From assembly GCA_036172245.1 (NCBI GenBank), contig JAYWIR010000068.1, positions 434,001-481,149 on the forward strand: a DNA stretch of 47,149 bases. Direction: 5' to 3'. Below the pieces are notes generated by a model, which made no database searches, had not been told where the DNA came from, and saw only the letters and a program-made list of their open reading frames with translations. The translations under genes were made by a program, and so were the position numbers. This document shows, piece after piece, positions 35,186 to 47,149 of this stretch. The stretch comes from Raillietiella orientalis. Lineage: Eukaryota. Numbering within the stretch: position 1 is the first letter of the stretch; every line of letters starts with the position of its first letter.

Positions 35186-38100
35186 TCAGGGGGGAATTCC
35201 AGCTGGATGGTCCCGGGCGTCGTCCTGGATCCTCTTCAGGATGAATCGGTACGTCCAGGCGTGGATCTTCCCGCAGTTCCTGATGCCGATTTCCCTCTTC
35301 AAGAGCCCTTGTAGGATCTCCATCGGTGGTGCGGCTCTCCTGGCTTTCCTCATTTTCCACCACCGCACAAGTATGGTGGTGATGAAGAGGGCTATGGTCG
35401 TCCTCACCATGGGATTGTAGCAGGGAACATTACCATCCCCATGAAACATCCCGGCGAGGATATCCATAACGGACTTGTTGGTAAGTCCTATGATCCTTTT
35501 CAGGATCAGCCAGTCATGCAGCAGTGTGGGACACGTCAAGACGTGAAGTCTCGTGTCGTCGTCTCCACATGCTGCGCAGTCTCGGTCTTCCCGTCTTCCT
35601 GTGAAGTGCTGCAATCGGGACCCACTCTGGATTCCTCCGTGATAAAACATCAGGAGGTCATCCTGGGTGCCCGGCGGAAGGTCACTCCTCCCGAGCGTCG
35701 TGCCGATCGCTAACAGGTTGAACCGTTCACTCCCGTAGCGTTCGGTGGCTTCCTGGAGGGCACTGGTGTCACGGTCGTTTTCTTGGATAAGCCTTCGGAG
35801 GTTTGTTCTGTTACCCTCGACCATGCGAAGTCGTTGTGGTTGAACCACACTTCGCGGGTCCTGTGGGTAAACCTTCCAAACATCATCTCTGTATACCGAA
35901 GTATACGAGTTTGATGTAGGTAGCCTCCTCGCCTCCACTCCTGGATTTGCAGTAGGGTAACTCTGGACCGCTGGTAGATCCAGGTTCTCGTGTCCGGCGG
36001 GACAGGAAGCAACCAAGGGATCACCAGGATGGACTCGTCCTGCCAGAGTTCCCTGCTTCGCGGCACGATCTTGATTTGGTGCTTCCGCACCAGCCGTTGC
36101 TTCCTCCTCCAGGTCGGGTCGATTGTTATCCATTCCCCTACTTTGCCTAGCAGCGCAGTCATCAGACCTTTCGAGTTGTTAAGCAACAAGGCGTAGGCCC
36201 TGTGCGCCGCATACGGCCAGTCATCCCAGTAAGTGGCCATGTCCAGGATGTGTCGCGTATCCATGATTTCCATGGAATGTGCAAGCGACTTCATCCCGGA
36301 ACCGCCTTCTTCCCTGGGACGACACAGGGGTTTCAGTCTTACTCTTGGGCGATAGTGGCCCCAGAGTGTTTTTCTTTGCAGCTTGTCGAACTTCCTAGTA
36401 GTGTCCTTGTTCATCCTGGCGAAGGCCGCCCCGAAGAGCACTTTCGGAAGGAGTACTCCGTTCCATATGTTGGCCTTTCGCTTCATCCCAAGGTCCGTTC
36501 GGGTGTACTTGGCTGCTTCCTTGGCCGTTTTCCCCAGGATTTCCTTCCACAGCAGCTTCGACGCAGTGCCGTCGCCGATGTAGACTCCCAGGTACTTGGT
36601 CGTGTCCACCGTACGGAATCCACTACCCGTTAGAGTGGAGAGATCCAGTATTCCGACGGGCAAAAGCTGGCTCTTCTGGGAAGTGATTTTTAAGCCCAAG
36701 CCCTGTTCCATCAGGTCCACATCCAGAAACGCACGCTGATTTTTCTCTCCCTTGATGAAGAAGAGTAGATCATCGGCGTATGCCAGATGGGTAAGACGCT
36801 GGCTATCGATGGTAATCCCGCTTAGTCGTCCGCTCTTCTCGATAAAGGACGACAACGCCTCCATATAGATGACGAACAGCATCGGACTTGGCGAGTCGCC
36901 CTGTCGGACTCCTCGTTCCATCCTGATTGCTGCCGTCTCCTGGCCGTTGATCTTGATCCGGCAGTACTGGTTCTGGAGTACCGCCCTCACGAAGTTGCTG
37001 AAGTGTTTCGGAAGCCCTAGCTTCTCCAGAACCTTCAGCAGCATCCCATGGTCGATGGAGTCGAAGGCCTTCTCCATGTCAGTGAACACCAGCACCAGGT
37101 TCTCGCCGACGTATCGACAGAGTCCAACAGTGGCCTGGGCACACTTGACATTGTCCGACATGTGTCGTCCTGGGACTGCACATGTCTGGACCGGAGAGAT
37201 CAGCCTCGACATGACCTTGCCTAAGCGGTTGGACCAGATCTTCGCCAACCACTTGGCATCGGAGTTTAGGATCGAGATTGGCCTCCATTGGGAGATCTGG
37301 GTAGAGTCGCCTCCTTTCGGCAGCAATCTCATCCGACTCTCGTAGAAGGGCTGAGGTAGTCTGCCTTCTTCCCGGATGCAGAGGGTCAACTGGTGGAACA
37401 AGCGCAGGTAGGCGTGCAGGTACCGCTGATAGTGCGTGATGGGTACACTGTAAGGGCCCGCTGCCACGTCCTTGCGAAGTTGCCCAAACGCAGTCTTCAC
37501 CTCTTCTTCGGAGAACTCCTCCTCCAGTCTGTTCCGCTGGAGGTCGTCGGTCCTCTTCTCGAGATAGCTCCAGAAGGCCTGTTGACTAGAGCGACACAGC
37601 TGTTGTCGCCTGAAGTGTTTCGTGTAATGCCTGTGAAAGGCATCCACGATGTCCTCAGACGACTGTCGCTTTTGGCCGTCGTACTGGATGCAGAAGATAT
37701 CTGTTGCCAGATTTCTCTTCTCCAGCACGCCGACTTCCCCTTTTATGTTATTGAGGACGTACCTACTCTCGTACTGATCGAAGTACTTTGAGAGGGAGCG
37801 ATCTTGGATGTTCAGCTCCCGGTACGCCTCTTGCCTCAAGCGCCTATCCCCGAACTGCATGTTCGCAAACAGGTGTATCCTGTGTTTCAGGCTGTCCCAG
37901 TCGGCGACTCTTCGGATAGTTGTTGCCCTCAGAATCGCCTCCAGGTCAGCCTGATGTCCAGGATGGGATCCGAACCAGGCGGGCATGCTGATGAGCGCCT
38001 CCCTGGTGCCTTGCCTCCGACGAGGATTCTCCGTTCTTAGGGAAAACCGCACCAGGGGGTGATCGGACACCGTGGTCATAATGTCTCGGAAATTCTGGAT

Positions 38101-38700
38101 GCGATTCCCAAGTTTGCTGCTGTGCAGAACGTGATCAATCGGCTTGGGGCTTGCTGTTTGCCAGACCAGTCCGAACTCGTCGGATAGCCGTCGATACGCC
38201 GTCCTTCCTCTGGCGTCTTCTGAATGAATGATCTCATCCAAGATGTTGAGATCGCCAGCAACAATCACGACGTGCTTGGGGGTTACCTTTTGCCGGAGTG
38301 CTGCATGCAGCGCCTCCGCACAAGGATGTTTTAGCTTGTGCGGCCCGTACACGTTCACCAGGATAAGGTGAACAGTTGGGGACCAGGACAGTCGCACGCC
38401 GATGGTTTCTCCGGGTTGGGGGCAGAACACTTCCAGAATAGTGGGGGCTAAGTGGTTCTTTATTAGCACCGCCACAACCTTCGTGTTCCGTTCTCCTTTG
38501 CTGACGAACATCTGCCCGTTGAATCGCCGTTCCATTCGCTGGCTGATCTCGAGACCCATCCTGTGGGTCTCCTGCAGGCACACGATGTCTTGTTGTGCGA
38601 TGGTCCGCACAATCCTTCACCTTTTTCCCTGGTCGACCACAGCGTTTACGTTCCAGGAGGCGATGTTCAGACTCCTGGCGGTCGATAATGAAGAGGTCAT
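35186..38700 (-). pseudogene. Tx1 family A ORF2 (APE-RT-Cys/His)
   Basis: ATG 38700, in-frame TGA at 38619-38617, then a 966-aa open frame with all APE and RT motifs; the C-terminal finger is in the -1 frame, as in the first copy. Confidence 0.93.
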
Positions 38701-38713
38701 AAAAGGGGAAGAC

Positions 38714-40615
38714 CTATTTCTTGGCCTTCCTGAGCTTCTTCTGTCTGGAAGAGCGTGCTCTTCCAGACGTCGAAGAAGCAGCGGGCTTCTCGCTGCCGGC
38801 GTCACTCTCCGTACCTGTGAGGTCGGTAATTTCCGCCTCCTCCGTAGAGTGTTCTGCCTGCGCGATCAATTTTCGAGATAGCGCCTCTATCTCGACCTTG
38901 GCGCAGAAGTTCGCCTTCACGTCGAGAAGCTGTTCCTCTAACTTCTCGCGTTCAGCGACCTCCACCACCTGGTTGATGTTCTCTTGTGCAGTGCAGATCT
39001 TCTGCAAGATTTTCTCTTGCTGAGGACCGCTCTGCACCTCCATGATCTCCTCCGCCAGTGTTGCCAACTCCTCCGTGGTCTGCAGAGCTTCCTGCGACAC
39101 TTTAGTGGCTTCCTGTCTCTCTTCCTTCGCTCCTTCCTGCGCTACCTCCATTTTCTCGCCTTCCTGCTCTGCTGCTTTCAGGATTTGAGGAGCTTCTTGC
39201 TCCTTGAAGGGCATCCTCCTCTTTCCTTTCTTCTCTACCTGTATGAAGCCGTTTTTCGATACCATGACGGCTTCTTTCACCTTCTTCGGCCTTCCTGCCT
39301 TCTGAAGCTGTTCCGCCTCCTTGATGTTTCTCTCTCTCACGGGAGAGAGACCTCGAATCCTTCTGCAGTTTTCAAACTCCGGACAGCTCCATTTTGCATG
39401 TCCGTGTTTCTTGCAGAAGGAGGACACCTCCGGCTGCCCGCAGTTTCGGACTTGATGTCCTACTTTGCCGCAGCGAAAGCAGCGGCAAGTTGGGCAAGCG
39501 CCGGCCCTGTGCCCTAACTGCTTGCACCCGGTGCAGAATACCGGTTGTTGCCGGTAACGCACATTCACTTTCTGGGATTGTTCGTCAATAACGGCCAATC
39601 CAGTGATCACCGCTCCTTCTCTCAACACCATCTTGGCAATCATGTCGCAAGAAAATATGTTTCCAGAGAAGTTCTGGAAATCAAGGTCCAGAACTTCCCC
39701 AAACTGCTACATTTAATTCCACACCGCTAGTTGCGGTGTGAGGATAGAGATGCCGTTTAAGAAGACGGTTGTGTATGGCATCTCGCCAATACCACAAACC
39801 ATCCGTGCTTGCTTATTGATCCCCTTCTGGATCAATCGCTCTCTAATGTTTTCACAGTCTGTAAAGACTGTGAACCGCTTGTTCGATGGAATGATCGCCT
39901 GAATGCGATCAAAGTCTATGTTTGTCTTGTCGAGGGACAAATAGACCTCCCTGATGTTATGAAATTTTATTAGCCCGGTCTTGAAGATAATGGGCTTCAC
40001 GTTGGGGCCTATTTCGACTATTGGTCGGTCCACTTTTAGAACTTTTCCGCTAAGCGGCTTACCAAATTTCCTAGGTGGGTGGACACTCGCCTGTCCATCC
40101 GCCACCGACGCATAAGAAAAGGGCTGCGACGCCGCAGCCGAACAAGATGGCATCTCGCCCTGCACCGCGTGGACGCCCGCGGGTCCTGCCTGGGACGTAG
40201 GCGCCGCCAGCTCAACCCTCGACGTCGCCACCGTTGCCGCCGCGTGCGGCACCCTCGGCATCGCCGCTGCAGGCGCGACTTTCCCCTCCGCGGGCACGAT
40301 TCTCGGCGTCGCCGCCGCGGGCACGACCTCCGCCGTCGCCGCCGCGGGCACGACCCTTGGCATCACCGCTGCCGGCGCAGCAAAGGCCGCCGCGGGCGCG
40401 ATCCTCGGCATGCCTGCCACCGCCTCGCCGTTGCCGCCCTTTACCTCCATGGCTTCCATTGGGGACGACGGTCTCTCCACTCCTCCTTTAGGTGCCTGCA
40501 TCCTAACAGCTGGTCTTGCTGCATGGGACGACTGCAGGTCTTCCGCAGCGATCTCCTCGGTGTTTTTTTTGTAGTTTCGTCTGGAAACTTCCCCTCTCCG
40601 CGCACACACGAGCAC
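38714..40615 (-). pseudogene. Tx1 family A ORF1, one frameshift near 39715
   Basis: Ala-rich N-terminus, SYASV motif, RRM-like middle region, CCHC knuckles; start codon uncertain. Confidence 0.85.
40215..40415. repeat. Degenerate about 27-nt GC-rich coding minisatellite in ORF1
   Basis: Recurring CGTCGCCGCCGCGGGCACGA units encoding PRVVPAAAT-like repeats. Confidence 0.7.
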
Positions 40616-40909
40616 AATTTACTGATTAAGTTTTCGAGCGCACAATACTTTGAGCCGCGAAGCAAGTTCACCGACTCTGCAAGAGATTAGCAATCTCCCG
40701 ACTGCCGCGGAGGCCGCGCTTTTGCCGCCTTTTAAGGGTGCAGCGTAAGCTGCGCCCCACGCGGTTGGGGAGGAACGTTTGGAGGCGTCCCTCACGAAAG
40801 TCGAGGAGCGCTCCGAACGAACGGACGGTGGGTGGACGGTTGCGATGAAGGGGAGAAAAATAAAATCTCCCAAAAATTCTCCGCAACCTAGTTCCAAGAG
40901 CCTCTCCTA

Positions 40910-43900
40910 GGCAAAGAACAGTCGCGCGATGCAGAAGACTCGCGCGAAGGTTCCCTCTGCCGCGGCAAAGGGTACCGCCGCGGTCGCCAATTGCGCGAAA
41001 GTTGGGATCGCCAGAGACGATGTTCCGGTGATCGCGAAAAAGGAATTGTCCGCGGTCCCATTCGCGAGCACCTCCAAACCGACAGAGCAGGTGTGTCGCG
41101 AAGCGCCTGCGCTTCAATCAGACTCCCAAAGGGAGTCTGAGATCACGAACGCACGTCGGATCACACGCGCGGAAGCCGTAGCGCGACGGGCTAAGGCCCT
41201 GAGGCTCGCAGCGCAGGCCGCGAAGGAGCGAGAGCTCATCCCGGTGCGTCAAACGACGTTACGCGGAAATGAGCACTCGATTTCGTGCAGCACCAAGGAG
41301 AACGGTGGCGACCGTGATCTTCAGTCAGCAGTGCTGCTCACCGTCCGCTCGCCGGGTAAAGCGGGCAAAATTCCGCCAAGTTTCCAGCATCACTGCGGGG
41401 AATCGCGTCTTCTCGTCGTCTGTGCGTTACTTCTTGGAACGTGAACGGACTGCAGAATGACAAGAAGAGGCGCTTAGTAGCGAGCGCCTTGCGCCCCTTT
41501 GACCTCGTGCTCCTGCAGAAGATTCACGTAATCTCTGACGAGCAGGCAGCCGAAATGGAGGAGCGCGCAGGCGGAACGCTACTTTGGCGGTGCGGCGAGC
41601 CACACACGTGCGGCGTCGCGTTCCTCGTAAGAGGAAAAATGGCGGAGGCGGTACGTAGTGTTCGTTTTGACGACGCCGGACGCGTGGGCCAACTTGTTGT
41701 CAAGTGGTCCGAGTCCATCGATCTTGTCGTAACGAACATCTACGCTCCGAGTGGCTCTCGCTTGTTCGAAGAAAGAATTGCGCTCTTCGAGGAAGTGAAA
41801 TGCCACTGGCTCAACAACTCCGGCTCCCAAGTGGCGCGTCTCGTCGCAGGGGACATCAACGTCCACCTGCTTTCTGAAGATTGGAGCTGCTCGAGGAGCG
41901 CACGTCGGCAATCGAGTGCGCGTCAGTACGCGCTTCCAACTTGATGGTCGGCGTACCTAAGATGAGAAGGTCGCCAAATCACATCTTTCTCGATGAAAAC
42001 CTGCACCCTCGTGTGGGAAGAAGAAAAAGATTGTCGTCCGCTCTCTCTGACGATCACAGGTCGGAGTTCGAGCTCCTTCCGTCAGGCAAGTGATCTCCGT
42101 TAAAGAACTGGAGGATGCCAGCAGATTGGCTTAGCCACCCGGTGGTGGCGGATCATCTCCGTCAGCACCTCCGGACCTTCGTTATCCGCGAACTTGCGGA
42201 CTGGAATCATTTAAAGAGTTCAGTCCGCGAGTTCTGTGAACGCTTTCCTTTGCACCGGCTTCCGCGAGCCTTAGGAGAAGGGGTCGCCAACAGCAGGACT
42301 TTCCTGCAGGTGTGCACCTTTTCGAGACGCGCGGATGTCAGTTGGCTTGCGGAATACAGGGCAAGAGCCGAGCGCCAGGTCTGGCAGTCAGGAGCATTTT
42401 CCCAGCTCGATGAAAAAGGCCTGGAATGCTGGGCACCAGCCGGTATTCGCCGTATAATAAGAAGTTATTACTTCTCGCTATATGCGGAAGAACCAACGAA
42501 AATTATCTATTCGGAGATACTGCTTTCCCAGGTTGCTGCCGTAGTTAGCGAAGAGGAACGCTCACGGCTCGACGAGTCCTTCACGGAGGCGGAAATTTCC
42601 TCCGCAATAGCGAAGCTAAAGAGAAGAAAAGCGCCAGGCGAGGATGGGCTGCCTGCGGAGTTTTATCAGTGCTTCGCGGTGGAGCTCGTCCCCCTGGTGC
42701 ATCGCCTCTCGTCGCTGATGAGGGTTTCGGGGGATGTCCCCAACTCCTTCCGCTCAGCGAGGGTGCGTTTCCTTCCGAAAGTTTGAGACGCACGCCATTT
42801 AAACAACTGGCGTCCGGTCACTTTGGTGAACTCGGACGTCAAGTTGTTTTCCAAGATGTGGATTGCGCGCCTAGGGAGAATCGCGCCGTCCTTGGTGAGC
42901 CCGGAGCAGACTTACGCTGTTCCCGGGAGATCCATGGACGCGAACCTCCTGGTTGCACGCACCCGGATGGAGCTGCAGGAGCGCGTAGAGCAACAAGGTC
43001 GATTCGTGACAAATGCCACTGCTAAATGCACACGGTATCGACAGAAGCGGGAAGAGGGTACGCCGGGTGCCTTGGCGGTTGCAGTCGACCTCCACAAGGC
43101 GTTCGATTGCGAGAACCAAGCACTCCTATTGGAGCTCTTGGAACACCTGGGTCTCCCGGCTCAACTCAAGTACTTGCGCGCATGCTGACGCCACGCGCTA
43201 ACTTGCATTTGTTTTAGCGGCTGCCACGTATACGGTATTCCCATGCGCAGAAGCATCAGGCAGGGTGACAGTTTAAGCCCGTTGCTCTTCAGCATCTTCT
43301 TTGAGTTGGTGCTGATAGCGTACAGGCTGACGCTGGAATACCTGCCTAGCTCTTGCCCGGGAACGCCTGCCGTGGTTGCCTATGCAGATGACCTACTTCT
43401 TCTGCTCACCATGTCCACCCCGGCGTCCAGTGTCGAAGAATTCTTCGACCTGATTCGTCGGGGAGCGGGCGTGAGCGTGAACAGAGAGAAGAGCGTGGTC
43501 GTTCCTGTGGGTGCGTCGTGGGAAGGGCAGTCTGACTGGATCCGCCTAGGAATCCCCACGTCGGGGTACTTCAAGTACCTGAAGGTTCCGTTGGGCGACC
43601 TCGGCGCTGCCGAGGCGTGGTCGGACTGCCTTCATAAGGCCGAGTTGGCCGCCAGCCCGTTCATTAACGGCAAGTTCACCTTGCCGGAACGGGCGGCTAT
43701 TTGGAACACCTTCGTGGCCCCCCTCCTCCGACCCCTCCTTTTTGCCTTGCACCCCCCCTATGCGGTTAAAGAGCGGGCAAAACGCCTGCTAAGGAACGCT
43801 CTCTGTGGTCCGGCGCGATCCAGGATCTTCCTGAAAGAACTCACTGCTCCACGTCGGGATGCTGGGCGTGGCATCCTGACGATGGAGAGAATCGGACTGC

Positions 43901-43965
43901 AAGTGCAGTTCCGGATGCTTGCACTTTGTGCCGAGCTATGGACTTTCCCTCTGTGTGCTCCTGCG
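40910..43965 (+). mobile_element. Tx1 family B ORF1 tail plus ORF2 APE-RT, disrupted, no 3' end
   Basis: SWNVNG, NIYAP, GDIN, KAPGEDGLPAEFY, DLHKAFD, IRQGDSLSP, AYADD. Confidence 0.9.
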
Positions 43966-44233
43966 CGGGTGGGAAATCGAGGGGCAGTGCCATCCGAACT
44001 TTCTGACCATCCCCGGCTCGCGCTAGAAATACACCCGCGCGGTAGAGGTGCACCCTCCACAGCGTGGCGTTTGCCAGGGGACTGGTTGCGCCTCGCAGGA
44101 GCAGCGCAACATCTTCGCTCGTTCCTGCAAGGCTTCCATCTGCAGTCGCTCGCGGACTGGGACGACTTGAAGAGCTCAGTCCGCGAGTTCGGCGACCAGT
44201 TTCCCCTGAACCGTCTCCCTCCAGGTTTCGGCG
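43966..44233 (+). mobile_element. Tx1 family B fragment of the APE C-terminus, fused in frame to the preceding ORF2
   Basis: RVGNRGAVPSELSDH...LADWDDLKSSVREF follows the post-RT WTFPLCAPAR. Confidence 0.8.
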
Positions 44234-47010
44234 CGAGAGGGGACGGGTTTTTGTTTTGCTCTTGAGCGTTTGTAAATTTATTTTTTTTTTCTTTTTTTTG
44301 TTGGTGTGCCAGTGGATTCGGTGGTGGCTAGGCAGCAATGCCTGGGACCACCACCAATGTTAAGGAGGAGGCGACGTCTATGTCGCCTCCTGAATCAATG
44401 GATGTGGGGGCAACCGCCCCCACAGAAGCGACTCCCTCGCTAGGGAGAAGCTGGAGTTCCGTGGCTGCGGCGCCAACGCAAGCGGCTGCGGCTGAGTTAA
44501 AAGCCTACCTGGAGGAGGGGTACAATCCCCCTCTACTCTACAAGGTAGGCAACCTTTACTCCTTTGAGAGTGCTCGCGCTTTCTCGAAAGCGATGCACTC
44601 CCTCAAAGTACCACAGAAGGAGCTCTTGGCGATGACCATCAGGAGTGGTGGACAGTACGTTGAGGTGATTTGCAAAGAAGCAAGTCTTGCCCAGCGTCTT
44701 CTCCGTACACCTGTTCCTTTAGGGAATCGCCGGCTCCTCCCCATCACGGAGGATAGATCTATCGTGATCCACCTTCTCGGAATCACCTTCCGGATGGCCG
44801 AAGAGGCTGTCCGAAAGGAACTAATTAAATTTGGGACTGTCCACGCGTTGTGGATAAGGCCGACTCCGTTTTGGGACTACGATCTCCTGAATTGCGGTGT
44901 GGCTTCCGCGCGCATCACGGTCCGCGAGGGTTGCTCTCTACCTAACAAGCTGGAGGTCAACGGCGAACCCGTTGACATCTGGTATGTCGGTAGGCCGCAT
45001 TTCTGCGGGCATTACAGTACTTCAGGTCACCTAAAAAAAATGTGCCCTCACTTGCAGTGCAAGCAATGCAAGCAACCCAAGCACACTCTTCCAGTGTGCC
45101 CGCAAAATGAAGTCCGCGTCGCGTCCGCACGGAATGCGAAGAAGCGCGCGGCGAGAAAAAGAAGAGTTTAGGCAGCCCGAGAGAGAGCCGCCGCTCGTAA
45201 AACAACTGTCGTGCCCCAGGTGAAGGTCAGCTCCGAGATCTTGGAAAACTCGGACAAGGTCGAGGAGAACGGCCAGGAACCTGGATGGCAGGCAGTAAAA
45301 TCCAAGAGGCAGAAAAGCCTCAAGGAAGCAAAAAAAACTGTCGCGAAACGCAGCGAGAATTTGCCGCGTCGCGAAAATATCAAACGCTGCTCTGTCGTCA
45401 TCAAGCGCATTCCTGCGGTCGAAAAGAGTGGCAAAATTGCACTCGTCGCTGCCGACTTTCAGCCCTCCGGCAAATTAATGCCGGAGGCTATCGACCCGGC
45501 GGTGGCGTCCGTCGTCGAACGCATGCTCGACGACGTCGCCTTTGAGCGAGCGGCGGAGGAGCTCGCTACGTCCTTGCAGCGTCCCCTTAAATCCGCGAAA
45601 AAGGCCTTAAGGCGTCCGACCTCGATCAAGAAGTCTCAGATTCCGAACTCTGACGCAGAGGCGGAAAACACAGCCTGCGGCATAGCGGCCTCCCGCCCGA
45701 AGGCCAATCGCACGAAGAAGGCTACCCGCAAAATCATCCCGTCCGTGGAAAAGGGAGAGATAATTGAGGGAAGCGAGCGTGCCAATAAAGTAGGGAACTG
45801 GGGACTGTCCTCGAGAGGTCACCTCACGCTGCGACCCCGGAGGGAGGGAAAGGGTAGAGTCTGTGCCCCAGGTGCTTCAAGTGCCTGAGATGGCCGCGGT
45901 CCCCTTACTCGTCCCTCCCATCTGTCCGTTGACAGGTGCTGCAACGTCACGTTTCCAGCCTTAATGCCAGGAATCGTCTCTTGCCGCCGTCTGCGAATTG
46001 CTTGTTGGAACGTCAACGGGCTAAGCGACGACGGCAAGAGACGAGACGTGGCCTCCACCTTGGCATCGTTCGACCTGGTGCTGCTGCAAGAGATCCACGT
46101 TATCTCCGCAGACCAGGCAACGGAGATCGAGCGTATCTCGGGTGGACGGCTGCTGTGGCGTTGCTCCACCGTTAAATCTTGCGGTGTCGCGTTCCTGCTT
46201 CGTCCAGCTGTCGAGGCTGCGGCAAAGAACGTACGGTTCGATAGTGCCGGTCGCGTCGGGCAGTTGACCATTAGGTGGTCGGACTCCATCGATCTGATCA
46301 TTACCAACGTGTACGCCCCAAGCGGCAGCGACGCAATAGGGGCAAAGGCAAGTTGAGATTGCTTCCTTACCCTGAGGCGCGAATATCTGGACGAAGCGGG
46401 AGTGCGCAAAGCGCACCTAATCGCAGGTGACTTTAACCTGCGCCTGCTGTCAGGAGCGTCCGACACACTTCGGGACCGCATGAACGAGCTGTGCGCAGAG
46501 ATGCACACGCGCAACTTGTTTGTGGGAGATCCAGAAAGGAACGACAGCACAGATCACGTGTTTATTGACCAGCACTTATGCTCACGCGTGGGCAGGCGCG
46601 GCAAGTTACCGTCGGAACTGTCGGACCATGACCGGATCGTACTCGAGGTGCGCCCACGCGATAGGGGTCATCCGTCATCTGCGTGGCGCTTACCGAGGGA
46701 CTGGCTGAAACTTCCGGAAGCCGCGGAGCATCTCCGCGGATTCATACGAGGTTTCAGCTTGCAGACGCTTCAGGACTGGGACCGCTTCAAGCGCTCGGTC
46801 CGGAATTTTTACGACGAGTTCCCTATGAATCTCCTGCCTGCCGGGTTTGGTGAAAGCGTGCGTAACGAGAGATGGTATTTACTATCTCGATGTTACGCGC
46901 GAACACCAGACGTACGCAGGCTAGCCGAATACCTTGCGGGAACCAAGAAACAGGCTTGGCAGCCGGGTCGGCCAGCTTACTGGACGACCAGGACACGGAG
47001 CACTCGGCCC
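44234..47010 (+). mobile_element. Tx1 family B 5' end, ORF1 (44338 to about 45888) and ORF2 APE (45964 to about 47010)
   Basis: 5' motif CGAGAGGGGACG; knuckles; ACWNVNG, LQEIH, NVYAP, GDFN, TDH, SDH; truncated by the next 3' end. Confidence 0.9.
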
Positions 47011-47149
47011 CCGCCCAGGTGAAAGGCTTATTAAAAAAATTCTACTCCTCCCTGTACGCGCGCGCTCCACCGGAACGGGATGTCTCGCGACTTCTTCTTC
47101 CGGAAAGCGCTCCGGCGATCAGGGAGATATCAGATAGAAAGACCCTCGA
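47011..47149 (-). mobile_element. 3' end of a further Tx1 element running out of the window
   Basis: CCCAGGT...TTATTAAAAAAATTCT resembles the termini at 23131 and 26841. Confidence 0.55.

Larger units (their letters stand above)
35051..40905 (-). mobile_element. Tx1 family A, near full-length copy
   Basis: 5' UTR, ORF1, ORF2 and the same 3' terminus as 659-5164; 5' boundary approximate; no TSD found. Confidence 0.93.

Noticed and set aside
35030..40930. TSD for the near full-length family A copy
   Set aside because: The flank CTCTCGCGATCGCTAAG was not found near 40600-41100.
1..47149. Numerous 60-250 aa overlapping ORFs; telomeric repeat tracts; tRNA or rRNA genes
   Set aside because: The ORFs are antisense or alternate-frame shadows of GC-rich retrotransposon sequence; no telomeric tracts or structural RNA genes were seen.

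Overview
Eukaryotic genomic window with no recognisable host gene. About 80% of it is a mosaic of two things. (i) Fragments of at least two families of Tx1/L1-clade non-LTR retrotransposons (ORF1 with CCHC knuckles; ORF2 with APE endonuclease, RT and a C-terminal Cys/His finger). These include a TSD-flanked 5'-truncated copy at 659-5164 (+) and a near full-length sister copy at about 35051-40905 (-). (ii) A cluster of endogenous CRESS (Rep-encoding ssDNA) virus sequences between about 9.1 and 25.3 kb. It holds three clear rep(-)/ori/cap(+) units with NAGTATTAC stem-loops, one decayed unit and further cap/rep fragments, all co-oriented and derived from different, synonymously diverged viruses. 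Observations read directly from the sequence: a covarying multi-hairpin element in every viral intergenic region; a 42-49 nt GT-AG intron in Rep; a 25-nt terminal redundancy plus templated filler at one viral insertion; and retrotransposon 3' ends made of AATAAA plus a stem-loop without poly(A). There is also a polarity: from 7 to 47 kb natural element termini fall on the left of segments and truncations on the right, which suggests a locus growing by directional accretion. Boundaries of decayed fragments are approximate and were made by eye; no database searches were run.
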